This document shows, one piece after another, positions 13,320 through 26,566 of a DNA stretch of 64,000 nt. The stretch is from Octopus sinensis (lineage: Eukaryota). Numbering within the stretch: the first letter of the stretch is position 1; each line of letters opens with the position of its first letter. Below the pieces are notes generated by a model. That model worked only from the letters and a program-made list of their open reading frames with translations. It was not told where the DNA came from and made no database searches. Location of the stretch: contig NC_043005.1 in assembly GCF_006345805.1 (NCBI RefSeq), positions 107,384,001 through 107,448,000 of the forward strand. Reading direction: 5' to 3'. The translations under genes and the position numbers were made by a program.

Positions 13320-13446
13320 CTTGTTTCAGTCATTAGACTTCGGCAATTCTGGACCGTCACCTTGAAAGGCTGAGTGGAATAAATGGATCTCAGTACCGAT
13401 TTTTGAAATTTTGGTGCTTATAGGGTCTGTCTGTTTTGCCGAACCG
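13320..13446 (-). mobile_element. SINE family B 3' fragment
   Basis: cttgtttcagtcatt and ttttgccgaacc are reverse complements of family B tail motifs. Confidence 0.55.
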
Positions 13447-13603
13447 TTCAAGAAATTTTCATGGGGTTCGTGACCGGTGGAGGGAAGATAAAAATATTCC
13501 CGGAAACATGAACTGAATGCAGCCAAGTGGACCCCACGAATAGAGGTGCACCAGGTGACGGATTATGTCTGTCATTTAAGGACAGGAATTGTCTCTTTAC
13601 TAG
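13447..13603 (+). repeat. Unclassified ~156-bp dispersed direct repeat, copy 2
   Basis: ~95% identical to 9314-9469 by eye. Confidence 0.85.
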
Positions 13604-13659
13604 GTCCTCACAAATATCAGATTTTCCTCAATAGTTCAGTTTAAACGTAAAATAATTAT

Positions 13660-14247
13660 TAAAAAGTTTTGGAGTGTTCACTAGTGATGGCGACGTTATG
13701 TCTCCATTTATCATCTCACATGGCGGCCTCAGATTCAACACGGAGGCCTACATCAAGTGCTTAGACGAGGTAATTCTGCCCTGAGTCAAGAGGGCGGCTT
13801 CTCGAACACCCTGTGTCTGGCAATTTGATTCTGCACCATGCCACACAAGAAGTAGAACATATTCATAGCTGTCAGACAACTTCTGCGACCACATCACTTG
13901 TAACATCTGGTCACATAACTCCCCAGACTACAACACCCATGTTTATTATGTGTGGGGCGCAGTTGAACGAGTGTCTTACAGAACTCCTGGTAACACCAAA
14001 GATAAAGTGAAGGTAATGATTATGGCAACATTCACCAACTTAAACAAGACCGTCCAGAAGAGTTACAGGTGAATCTGAAGTCGTCTGGAGGCCTTTGTTG
14101 AAGCCAATAGCGATTATATTGAATAAATTCTCTCTTCAGTATTTCAAGATATTTTTATGCAATTTTGGGAAATACATCTGTTAAAATGATATGTCAATGT
14201 TATTTTCATTTTGGCGTAATTTAGACAATAGTTTATTCACCGAACCC

Positions 14248-14250
<3 letters not shown>
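13660..14250 (+). mobile_element. maT-type (D,D37D) Tc1/mariner transposon, 3' half with right TIR
   Basis: Reads FGVFTSDGDVMSPFIISHG..FNTEAYIKCLDEVILP*VKR...WQFDSAPCHTRSRTYS*LSDNFCDHITCNIWSHNSPDYNTHVYYVWGAVE. There are 37 residues between the second Asp and the third catalytic position, here mutated to Val. Ends ...ttattcaccgaaccctaTA. Confidence 0.8.
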
Positions 14251-14301
<51 letters not shown>

Positions 14302-14324
14302 TGTGTGTGTATGTATGTATATGA

Positions 14325-14360
<36 letters not shown>

Positions 14361-14361
<1 letters not shown>

Positions 14362-14656
14362 GAGGCGCAATGGCCTAGTGGTTAGGGCAGCGGACTCGCG
14401 CTCGTAGGATCACGGTTTCGATTCCCAAACCGGGCGTTGTGAGTGTTTATTGAGCGAAAACACCTAAAAGCTCCAAGAGCCTCCGGCAGGGGGTGCTGAT
14501 CCCTGCTGTACTCTTTCACCACTCTTTCTCCCACTCTTTCTTCTGTTGGCCTGGTCGCTTAGCCAGCGGGGTGGCGTCATTCGAAGGCTAAAACAATGCG
14601 AACGCATTGTGACCAGCGATGTGTAAAAACATCTGATGGACTGGTCGGTCACATGA
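14361..14656 (+). mobile_element. tRNA-derived SINE family C
   Basis: Reverse complement of 5349-5618, with a short internal duplication (ccactctttc). Confidence 0.9.
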
Positions 14657-14689
14657 TGGTGATGATATATATATGTATATATTCACGTC

Positions 14690-14830
14690 CGGTCATAAGG
14701 TTTCAGTGTTTGAGCCGTCGACCCGACGCTATAACTAATGACACTTACCCATGGAACAGCGCAGTGGGACTGAGCCGGAGACCACATGGTTTTGATGCAA
14801 GCTTCTTACCATACAAACACGACTATACCT
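14690..14830 (-). mobile_element. Degenerate SINE family B 5' part
   Basis: gcagtgggactga.ccgga.accacatggtt...gcaagcttcttacca motif. Confidence 0.5.
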
Positions 14831-15824
14831 TTCTGATAGAAGTAGCCGCATAAACCTCCTCAAATATCAACGAAGTGTCTTAGAAAAGACTCAACGCACT
14901 CTTAGTTACATTATGCTGGAGATAACGACGATACGATAACGTGTCTTCGATCATAGGAAACGATGAGTGACTAACCCAAACAACAATAACAAAGAAAAAG
15001 CAAAAAAGCAAAAAAACATTATACCCATGCACCAAGTACAATTTATATGCACACACTACACGACGTCGTTCACGTCTGAACTGACTTTTATCGCTGATCG
15101 AACCAAAATATACGCAAAAGAGTTTCCCTAGTACCCTGTCCTCTCTGCAATGTCTAGGAATACATCGCATGCCAGATATTTTTAGTTGTACCAACGTATG
15201 TTGTGATTTGAAAGAGATTTTGGTGCTATTTCTAGTATATCAAGTCTCCATGTATGGGATCTTTTGCTGGCACTCTGCTATTTCACAGTGTCTAAGTGCG
15301 CTGTCATAGCTCGCTATTAACTATAGTTATTTCCTTCGTTACTATTTATATGCTCAAAATACGAATCGAATGAAGAATCTCTCTCAATGGATTTGTTGAT
15401 ATCTGTGTTACCACCTAGTGTTCAATATCTTCTAGAAATAATTCCGAAGGCGGAAGAAAATATAAGAGAAGCAGTGCCAACAAAAATGATTAAGATGGAG
15501 CAAAGAATTTTTAAAACACAGACGTCTCAAATAAAACAAACAAAACGCTATTTACAAACATTTCATCGAAGAAAAAAAAACATACATTCTGTATTGTGTT
15601 CCTAATGAGGTCACATTAACGATTCATCCTTCTGAAGTTAATAAACTATTATCAGTGTAACTTAGTGGGCTGGTGGAAACGTTAGAACATTCCAGACGAT
15701 AGCTCGTAATGTTGGTTCATGCAATTTCCTTCTTCTTTTTCTTTTTTGTTTAACATATTAGTTCTGGAGAATGGAAAATGCATGTGACTTTTGCAGTCCC
15801 ATCCTTCCCAATGAGACTAATACC

Positions 15825-16058
15825 TATTTCTTTACTACCCACAAGGGGCTAAACACAGAGGGGACAAACAAGGACAGCCAAACGGATTAAGTCGATTATA
15901 TCGACCCCAGTGCCTAACTGGTACTTATTTAATCGACCCCGAAAAGAGGAAAGGCAAAGTCGACCTCGGCGGAATTTGAACTCAGAACGTAACGGCAGAC
16001 GAAATACCGCTCAGCTTTTCGCCCGGCGTGCTAACGATTCTGCCAGCTCAACGCCTTG
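15825..16058 (-). mobile_element. SINE family A, full length with TSD
   Basis: 14-bp direct repeat atgagactaatacc at 15811-15824 and 16059-16072. Confidence 0.9.
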
Positions 16059-16814
16059 ATGAGACTAATACCATTAATATCATGAGTTCAAATCATGCCA
16101 AATTCCACTTTGATTACCTATTTTCAGGTAGATAAATAAAGCATCAATTTAGAGTCGTTGATTATAGAAACGCTAGATCGTCGTTGTATAGGCCATGCAG
16201 GATTTATTGTCAGTCATTTCATTTTGAGTTCGAATAGACTTCATCTCACGTCCAATTCAACAATAATACTAGTCTTTAGGTCATTTTTGCGGAGTTCAGT
16301 CTTACAAACCTTCGGACCAAGGAATCACAAGCACTGCTCTCTGTTCTGGAATGAATGGTATAAAAAGATACATGTAGAATTTTCATCTGTAAATCAAAAT
16401 AACTCAAAATTATATTAGTGAATAACAGCTTGTCTTATATCGCATATTTTTGTATTCTAGAAATCTTTGATATAAAACAATAGGTCAACTATATAAAAAA
16501 ACTACTTATGTGACATACACGACATCCGATATACGGAGATAATATTCCTATTACAAAGAAAAAAACGTGTTTGTGTGCGCGTGTAACTGAGTATGTATAT
16601 AAATCTCTCTATGTCTATGGTGTATATCATCATCATCATCATCAAAATCAATGAAGTACTTGAGCAAACTCAGTCGCAGAGTTTTGGATCGAAGGCTATA
16701 AAACTGATAATAAATGGTGACAGAAGTATAGTTGTTCAATCTGCTTGACAAAATTCCTTGCCAACACACACATGCACACACACACTATATATATATATAT
16801 ATAATATAATATAT

Positions 16815-16902
<88 letters not shown>

Positions 16903-16931
16903 ATATATATATATATAATATACATATAAAA

Positions 16932-17345
16932 AGGCGCAGGAGTGGCTGTGTGGTAAGTAGCTTGCTAACCAACCACATGGTTCCGGGTTCAGTCCCACTG
17001 CGTGGCATCTTGGGCAAGTGTCTTCTGCTATAGCCCCGGGCTGACCAATGCCTTGTGAGTGGATTTGGTAGACGGAAACTGAAAGAAGCCTGTCGTATAT
17101 ATGTATATAAGTGTGTGTGTGTATGTTTGTTTGTCTGTGTTTGTCCCTCTAGCATTGCTTGACAACTGATGCTGGTGTGTTTACGTCCCCGTCACTTAGC
17201 GGTTCGGCAAAAGAGACCGATAGAATAAGTACTGGGCTTACAAAAAAGAATAAGTCCCGGGGTCGATTTGCTCGACTAAAAGGCGGTGCTCCAGCATGGC
17301 CGCAGTCGAATGACTGAAACAAGTAAAAGAGAAAAGATAGAAAGA
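16932..17345 (+). mobile_element. SINE family B, full length
   Basis: tRNA-like head (tggctgtgtggtaag...ggttcagtccc), internal (TA)/(TG) tract, tail ggcggtgctccagcatggccgcagtc.aatgactgaaacaagtaaaaga. Confidence 0.9.
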
Positions 17346-17505
17346 GAATATATACATATATATATGCTAAACTTGATTCTTGTGTTGTTCTTGTTAATGT
17401 TTAATGTATAAACATTATATATACAGCACAAACACGTTTACATACAACACTCACATACGAGCACATACATACATAAATGCATACGTACTTATAATATATA
17501 TATAT

Positions 17506-17539
<34 letters not shown>

Positions 17540-17548
17540 CATACATAC

Positions 17549-17589
<41 letters not shown>

Positions 17590-17594
17590 CATAC

Positions 17595-17700
<106 letters not shown>

Positions 17701-18399
17701 GCACACAGATATGTTATAACAAAATATGCACTATAAATGTATAAAAAGGGCAATTCAGGAAGAAAATGTTTTAAAAATAAAGCATTAGCTTAGCGTTTTA
17801 TGAAAAATGAATTGTCTGAAATTTTAAGAACGTTAGTCCTTCCTCAGAAAAAAGAAAGACTATGCTTAGTAGCAGAGAGAATGAGAAATAATCAGTAGGA
17901 AAAATAAAGTTGAAATGTCATAGAGGAGGCAGGAATGCTGTTAAGCATGGAAAAGAAGAAAAAGAATGATTTAATATAAATAATCAAATGGAAAGACGAG
18001 AAAGAAGAATGAAAAAGAAGTGACAAGCTTAGTAAAGGCGTTGCATTTTGAACTTCAGAAAAAGGATAGACTAAGTAATCCGGTCTGAAATCGAATGTGG
18101 AGTTCAAAGCTGGAGTTCGGAAGTACAAAAGATATCCGCTTAAACGATAGTGTAAATACAATAAACATTAAGAAAGAAACGCAGGAAATATAAATATTGG
18201 CGTACAAATTATTAGCTGAATGCTTTAATGAAAAGAGGAAGGATTTTAACTTTTCGAGTGTTACTCCTTCATCATACTATGCATAGGGAAAAGCATATGT
18301 GTATAAGAAAAAGTATAATTTAGTGAAAAAATGTGATGGTCATAACCACTGGAACACACAGATACACACACATATATGCTCTTTATCTCTTTAATTCTT

Positions 18400-19330
18400 T
18401 TACCTCACCTTCCGGCCTGATCCAGATTCTAGATCACTCTTGACAGAAAATCGTTTCATTGCTATACCTCACAACGAAAGCCTCCTTGCATTAAAATACT
18501 TCGTTGATCTTTGTTCTATTTCTCAATTTGAGACCTCTACTCTCCTGCACTTGGCCGAATTTGTCCTCATTTTAGATTGCTTTTCGTTCTCGGGATAATT
18601 TTACCATTAGGTCTCGGGAGTGGCCATGGAACGAGAACGAGCCCCAACCACGCAAACTTGCAAGCCTGCTATGCTGAGGTCCTAACATTTTCTCAGTTGA
18701 CCGGTCCTACTCCTGCGTTATACGGTCGTTACATTGACAACTATATCGGCGTGACGTGACTCTCGTGCAAGCATACTGATAATTTCGTTGCTTACATCCA
18801 CTTCTTCCCTCCCTCCCTCCAATTCTCCACCTTTGTCTCCACCACCTCTGTTAACTTGATATTTCTCTTACCATCCACCACTCCTATTTTACTACCTCCA
18901 TCCACTATAAACCCAAATACTCACAATCCTATCTCAACTTCTATTCAACGCACATCAAACTTCTCATCCTTAACACTCAACTCTTCCGTTTTCGGCGGCT
19001 CTATAGTCACGATCATGACTTCAAGCCACATCCCCAACTCATGGCTCGCTACTTAATCCAAAAAGGATGGTCCAACCCGCTAACCCTATTCCAACCGTGC
19101 ATCCTCTGCTCTCTGTCATTTTTTGTGCCTTAATCGAACTGGCCGGCACTTAGCGGGACCAGTTTATCGAACATACCCGAGACATCAAGCTCGGCAATGT
19201 CACCCCGATCTTGCGCCACTTCCACTCGAGCGATTATTCCCTGCGACACCTTTCTGTCCTGCTTTCGTCGAGAGCAGGGGTTTCTTGCCCACACCGCACA
19301 CTGTTATACCCCCACAGCATATACTTAGAC
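18400..19330 (+). mobile_element. Old Penelope-like element (Neptune-like): degenerate RT core to GIY-YIG
   Basis: Reads PHNESLLALKYFVD...TLLHLAEFVL..CFSFSG*FYH*VSGVAMGTRTSPNHANL...GPTPALYGRYIDN (PLE RT GVAMG and RYIDD motifs). Later RTGRHLA...EHTRDIKLGNVTPILRHFHSSDYSLRHLSV parallels the 25.4-25.6 kb copy. Confidence 0.8.
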
Positions 19331-20106
19331 CTACACACACGTACACGCACATTTCTTCCTGCTCGACACACACCAACACCTACACTTCCACTTCCCTCCA
19401 TGTACAGTAGCATGTATATAGTCATGCTCCCACATCTCCAACCCATACCTCTTGTCACCCTATTCCACATGACCATAGAGGTCGATCCACACACATTTCA
19501 CTACAATACACACATACATCAGCCTCTCACACGTATACACATACACACGCACAAATACAGAATATTCACACAATTATCAAATTCATACACACACACTTTA
19601 TCCAACATCTTATACACATACACCAACTGATAACAGGAAAACGCACAGTCGCTCAAAATATATATCGAACTAGGAGATATCACCCTCTGCAAGTTCAACA
19701 GCTGTATTGCAGACTTTGCATTCCACAGCATTTAAATTATTCTACACCAACCAGATTAATTATGATTTCTACGGTCAAAAGGGACGTAATTCTTATTTTT
19801 TAAATTTCTTTTTCCGATTGTCTTTTCATTCCACTTTTTGCATTAACCGTCTCCCATTTTATTTCAAGTGGTTTCTCATGTACCAGCATCTTGGTCTTCA
19901 AATAGAACCGACCGTATGCAACGATGCCCAAAACTGCATGGTGACACAAGGCATGTTGTATAAGTCTGCCATAGTGTCTCCATGATAAGAAATAGGAATT
20001 ACTCCATGATAGCTTTTATTTCAATACTGTGTACATTAAATGTCTATCACTCGCTGGATGAAGTACTACTTTTGTGATGCTGCCTAAAGAAGCAGCACAC
20101 ACACAC

Positions 20107-20142
<36 letters not shown>

Positions 20143-20147
20143 TATAT

Positions 20148-20179
<32 letters not shown>

Positions 20180-20362
20180 GATCTACGTACTTGTTCATAT
20201 GTTGATATATTTAAACCATTCCAAATGATACAGAGAATGGAATTTGGTACATTAGTACATGATTACGTCATTTTCGCAACGAGTTATTTTATCAATGCAA
20301 GCAGATCTATTTGTTGTTTTAACCACTTTAATACACACAGATACACACACATATACACACAT

Positions 20363-20441
<79 letters not shown>

Positions 20442-20523
20442 AGCAAATGTAGAAATATTAACACACAAATACTCACATACATCAATAATATCTATCATTC
20501 TGTTTCGTATATGCACACACTTA

Positions 20524-20584
<61 letters not shown>

Positions 20585-20696
20585 AATGTATGTACATATG
20601 TACATATGCATCATATTAGATATACATACATATATACAAATATATATAAAATCAATAAACAATATAATAGTTATATATATATATAGATATAATAGT

Positions 20697-20734
<38 letters not shown>

Positions 20735-21642
20735 ATAAATCATGTATATGCATGCATAAACAATAATCAAATATGATAAACTGAAACACGCTTACATATA
20801 AATAAACGCGTTTATGTATATATGCACACATAAATACACACAAACACACATATATAAATATTAAAACACATCATACAAAATAAGATCCATTGTAGAAAGA
20901 AATTACGAGAAAACATTAAAGACAATTAGATTATACGAGTTGAAATTAATTCAGAAATTATCAACATTAAACGATTTCATTAATCAGAGCACGTAGAAAA
21001 AATAGATATTTAAGAATTAATAAATACTTGTTTAAAATATGTAATAAATACATAAAACATAAAACTTGAAGGAATTTTCAGAATTTTGAAATAAATTTAT
21101 ATATTTTTAAAATACTTTATTCCAATTTTTCTTTGTTTTACATCTGAGGCGCTATTGTTGTCTAGGAGAAAGAGGAGGGAATCTCTCGATAGACTTCCAG
21201 ATTTTCCTAACGAGCAAAAATATCAGGGCTAATGAAATCAAGAGGCTGCAAGTTTTGGTAATCAAAACAGCGTCGGTAACAACGTGAATCAGAGTAAGTT
21301 GATAACAGCAACAACAACACTAATAAAAGTACGAATGGACACGATAATAACAACGAAGATAACAATAAGTAAACACTTTATTAAAACAATGTTGAAACGT
21401 ATAATGAAAGATCATTAAAAAGAAAAATAATATGAGATATTGCATGCGGCAGCAAAAATAATATAATCAACTATGGCAAACATCACGGTAATATGAACAA
21501 AGGAAAAGTGAGCAACATCAACTACAATACCACAACCGAGACTGTAACAGTTATACAGCTCAACGATAAGCTCAAGAACAACGACGACCACAGCAAGAAC
21601 CACAATAATAATAATAATAATAATATAATAATAATAATAATA

Positions 21643-21687
<45 letters not shown>

Positions 21688-21700
21688 TAATAATAATAAT

Positions 21701-22252
21701 GCCCTGATGCAGTACCAGGCAGTGGCTCTCATGGCTTCTGATCTTAACTGATTGGAAGTGTTATCATGTACATTGTTTTGTCTTGGTATAAAAGTTGGGC
21801 TACAGCAAATATTCTGCTCAATACCACAGATTTGCTTGTCAGTTGTTTGACCTTAACCAGTTGAGCATGTCCCTTAGTGGCTGACGATATGTGCCTCTCT
21901 GATCACGAGCAGAAATTATGGTGGCGCATCATAGCTATGTGTTGAGAAGAATTTTGGGGGTTTGGATAATTCACCTCTGGAAACATGGGTGGTTCTTTCA
22001 ACATCCTTAAACAACCCTTATTCAGGGACCTTTTGAGCGGGTGGGGTACTCAACCAGAAGGAAATCCTAACTGGGCCCCACCTGGAAGGTCATGTACTGT
22101 TTGTCTTTTTATGAGATCACCATGTCGCGCACAAATGGTTGTGATGCATGCGCCTGGTTTACCCTTATCAGACGGGTAGTCATGTTGGGTATATTGGGCT
22201 TCGTATATTTTACCCCAGTGTCACTTTGATGGCATGAACTGCTCTCTCACTC
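21701..22252 (+). mobile_element. (AAT)n-embedded ~550-bp repeat, longest copy 3
   Basis: Runs gccctgatgcagtacc...ctgctctctcactc and is flanked on both sides by (AAT)n tracts. Confidence 0.85.
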
Positions 22253-22265
22253 AATAATAATAATG

Positions 22266-22316
<51 letters not shown>

Positions 22317-22415
22317 GTAATAGTAATAATAATAATAATAGTAATAATAATAATAGTAATAATAATAATAATAGTAATAATAATAATAATAGCAACAACA
22401 ACAACAACAATAATA

Positions 22416-22481
<66 letters not shown>

Positions 22482-22520
22482 GTAATAATAATAATAATAG
22501 TATTAATAATAATAAAAGCG
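22253..22520. repeat. (AAT)n microsatellite with AGT/AAC variants
   Basis: Directly visible. Confidence 0.95.
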
Positions 22521-24850
22521 TCCATCATATAATAATGAAATTTAATGTATAACAGTATTCCTTCACAGAGGGTGCAATGTCAAAATGAACAATTAAGTAA
22601 TAAAATCAAGAAACAGGTAACTTATCACCAAAAAAACTCTACTCCTTCGTATGAACAGTAACGGACGGACATATTGTATTAACAGCTGGCTATAATAAGC
22701 TAGAATTTTATAACTGAAATATTGAAAGTTAAACGATAAGGATAGACTCAAAAGAGAAATAAGGGGAATAAGATGTCACAAATTTGCTCACATTGGAAAA
22801 TATAGAGAACTTGGTAAAATATGGTCAACCGAATACAGGAAAACATATTTTGATTTGTCGGATTCACCGCTCAGAGAAAGAAAGTTAATTGGAGTATATG
22901 TGAGGTGAAATATAGTAATTATTTCAAACAGAATCTCCAACTCATATGTTTTGAATAGAGAACTCATTGCTTGATTGGCACTTTAAAGTGTTTGATCTCA
23001 CCTCAATCGTATTTTAGCTCTCAATTTAGAGGCTCGAAACGACTACTACAAAGTACTTTTTTTCCACTTCCTTATGATTTTTAATAAAATAATTTCAAAA
23101 TTTCTTGGGAAACTGGGAAAGTCTTCATTGGAAACAAAAAAAAAAAAAAAAAACAAACTTCATAACATGTTCTATGGTGGCAATATCGAACGTTTCCACA
23201 GTGACAACTCTGACTGTATCGGAGCCAGTTTTATAATCGATATAGATCTAACATATATCTGTTTTTGATTGTTGTATGCAGAAAGGGATATATGCCAGGA
23301 AATGTTAATTGATATGATATCGTATCCGTCATTGACACTATTCTTTTTAGAGATTTTGATGCACGCTGTACTATTGGATCATTACCAGCTCTAAAACCTA
23401 TTTGACCGTTTTAGAAGTACAAATTGAATTAATTCTTGATAAGCATTGAAATTCTAATTTAGCACGTAATGGGATGGCAATTTATAGTCTGAAACACGTG
23501 GTGCAGCTATATATAATCTTATGAATAAGAAAGTTTTTTCTTCTGTCCTTATCCAAACATAGACACTTGGTTTAGACGTTCATCTCGCAATCTCACGCTT
23601 TTTCGATTTGCATCCACTGACAGACACGATTAGGCAAGTTTACTCTGCCATCAACTCTGACTTTGGTAAAACGGTTGATGAAAGTGGGAAGTAGATTCTC
23701 GCAAGAACTGTAGATGGCAGACAAATTTAGTCGTCCAGTTGAATACCTTTATGCTATAGCGTACTGTTACCAAAGATCACTCTTTTACTTTCGGATAAAA
23801 TCATCGCTCGGAAACTAGTCCTGTCCAACTAGTTTCAAATCTACTAGGAAAATATCCTGAATAATGCCCATAATACTCCTAATTCCTTATAACTTGTATC
23901 GTTAATGCTTAGGTGGAATGATATCATACACGGTGGCAGAACTTATCAAGCAGCAGTTACAGAGTATACGATATGAAAATCTTCACTTGAATGTGTAGAA
24001 ACAATTGAAATACTTTGAGAGATATACGAGAAACAATCACTCTCGTTAAACGGTAACTTTCTAAATGCTTCTCGCATAGACCGATATATAAGTAACCTTC
24101 GCGTTAGCTTATTTTTATGTAGCTAAACAAATTGTTCAGTTAAAATTATAAGTAATATCCTCAGTAATACGACAAATGAGTGACTAAACCACTAATCTTG
24201 GTCAAAGTTTTAATCAATTAAATCTAAATAATTATAGCATGTAGCGGAGAATTTGCCTAATCTTTAGCAGTAGAGTAACAAGTTCTGACATATTTCCGGA
24301 GAAGTTTTCATTCAACCGAATTGCGTAAATGAAGTGTAGTCTACCTGACGGCACTAGATTTTATATAACAAGACAGATATAACAGAATCTTTTTCGGAGA
24401 TATCATAGCAAACCAGAGTCAACATTTTTACTAGCAGCCTCTTATTTTTTTCTATCGGAATGAATGATTTTTCTCCATCACTATTCGTGTAATTTTTAAA
24501 TTAGTCTTATTACATGTTAGACTTAATTTCATTACATCAAGTATGCTAGTGACCACTTGGCTGTTATGTCTGTTCACAGCGGGTGATGGTGCGTACTTTT
24601 TCCATTTCCATTCTCGCTAATTGTATATGATATTACATATTTAGGATTGGGCCTCATGTAATTGTACATACGTGCAGCTAAATGTCGGCATGTCAATTTC
24701 TCTCACTCTCTCATTTTGTACGTACGTATCTATATCTGTATGTATGTATATATGTATGTATGTAAGTATGTATGTAAGTATGTATGTATGCGTGTATATA
24801 TGCGTCCAGATACGTGTGTGTATTACTATGTGTATGTCTATCTGTGTATA

Positions 24851-25680
24851 TATAACTTCTCTTCCTCCCACCCAGAACACACCAAGCTTTCCATCCCCTA
24901 TTCCCAATTCCTCCGTCTACGTAGGCTCTGTAGTGACGACCATGACTTTGAGACTCAGTCTCAACGTATGGCTCACCACTTCACCCTACGTGGATACCCC
25001 CTCACCACTATCCACACCGCCCTTGCCAGAGCACGGTCCGTGGACCGTGTATCTGCTCTCTCTCCCCGAACCCGCCCTGTAGTCTCCCGCCTCCCTTTTC
25101 CCCTCACTTACCACCCCACGACCCTACGTCTCCAACGCACCATTCTTCGAGCTTTCCGTCATCTCCAGTCCGACCCGTCCACTTCACACCTCTTCCCTAA
25201 CCGACCCCTCCCCTCTTTCAAACGAGCCACAACCTTCGAGACCTTTTGGTCCATAGCTCCTTCCCTGACCCTACCTCCCAACCCGGCTCGTTCCCCTGCT
25301 CCCGCCCACGTTGCCGCACTTGCCCTTACCTCTCCAACACCACCCGCCTCACTAGCACCCACCATCGACCCTATCCCATCATCCACTCCTTCACCTGCAC
25401 CTCCAGCAATATTATTTATTGCATCTCTTGCTCTCTCTGCAATTCCTTGTACATCGGACAAACGGGACGCCGCTTGGCTGACCGGTTCGCGGAACACCTT
25501 CGTGACATCCACCTTGCGAACGACACAGCGGTCTCACGCCATTTCCGCTCCACCGGTCACTCCTTGCAACACCTATCTGTGTTCGGTTTGTCCTTACACA
25601 GAGGCCATCCGGATTCCCGTTTGCGCCGTGAACAGGAATTAATCTTCTCTCTTCGCTCTTATACGCCATTTGGTCTCAAC
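24851..25680 (+). pseudogene. PLE ORF fragment (RT thumb + GIY-YIG endonuclease) with a single 1-nt frameshift at ~25227
   Basis: Joining ORF-track frames 24662..25642 and 25246..26064 at ...FKRA/HNLRDLLVHS restores one continuous PLE protein with no stop codons. Confidence 0.85.
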
Positions 25681-26000
25681 TCTCCCCCCCCCTCATCTAA
25701 CCCCCTCCCCCCTCCTCACCTATCCTTTCTCCCCCCCCGACCCCTACTTCTTCAGTCCTTCATCCTTTCACCCCTACTCCCCTTCCCTTCTTCCCTCTTT
25801 CTCCCCCTCCCTCTTCCCCTTCCCTCTGCTCCCTCACTCCCTCTCTCCCTCTTCTCTCTCTCCCCCTCTCCCTCTTTCCTCCTTCATCCCCCTCCTCACC
25901 TTCCTTCTCCCCATCGTCTCCTCTTCCCCCTTCTCCTCCCCCTCTTCTTCCCCCCCATTCTCTCCCCCCTCTTCTTCCCCCTCCCCCTCTTCTCCTCACT
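25670..26000. repeat. Homopyrimidine (almost purely C/T) low-complexity tract
   Basis: Directly visible. It explains the stop-free ORF tails. Confidence 0.9.
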
Positions 26001-26039
26001 ACACCACATAACTTTACACATCACATCACATATGATGTG

Positions 26040-26350
26040 CCATACTAATACACACACCAACTAATACATACTAATACGTACTAATACATACTAGTACATA
26101 CTAATACTTACACCAACCCTATACATACACACGTCCAGACCCCGCATACGCACTTATACTCTCTCACACACACACACACACCTATACATACCAATACGTA
26201 CTAATACATACTAATACATACTAATACATACACCAACCCCATACATACGCACGTCCAGACCAATCTTACGCACTAATACTCTCTCATACACACACACACC
26301 CTTATACATACTAATACATACACCAACCCTATACATACACACATCCAGAC
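26040..26350. repeat. Tandem repeats in the PLE 3' region (tacatactaa units; ~100-120-bp unit acaccaacc..atacatac.cac.tccagacc x3)
   Basis: Units at ~26110, ~26230 and ~26322. Confidence 0.8.
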
Positions 26351-26540
26351 CCCTCCCACGCACTTTTAGCTGGTCCCTCAACCCTTTTATCAACCCTATT
26401 ATCTCCCCTTATTTCGCTCTCACGTCTCATGTTTGATCTTTGACCTCTGCCGAAATCAGATCGCCATGTTGATTCGTTAGCTACTGCACGCATTTTTTTT
26501 TCTCTCCTTCTTTCTGTGTTTTTCTCTCTCTGTGTATCTT

Positions 26541-26566
26541 CTGTTGAAGAGCGTAGGCTCGAAACG
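26541..26566 (+). ncRNA. Minimal hammerhead-like core in the PLE pLTR
   Basis: CTGTTGA-A-GAGC-gtag-GCTC-GAAACG: a 4-bp stem II flanked by CUGnUGA and GAAAC (A6 altered to U). Confidence 0.55.

Noticed and set aside
23812-23850. Short hairpin followed by CTAG, resembling a Helitron 3' end
   Set aside because: The stem is only 8-9 bp and AT-rich, there is no T after CTAG, and no matching 5' TC end or second copy was seen.
22700-24600. Possible ancient LINE RT remnant (INSDFGKTVD-like peptide)
   Set aside because: A single weak motif amid many stops is not supportable without a profile search.
25670-26064. Pro/Ser/Leu-rich C-terminal extension of the GIY-YIG ORF
   Set aside because: It is read-through into a C/T-only tract that cannot encode stops. 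PLE homology ends at PFGLN.
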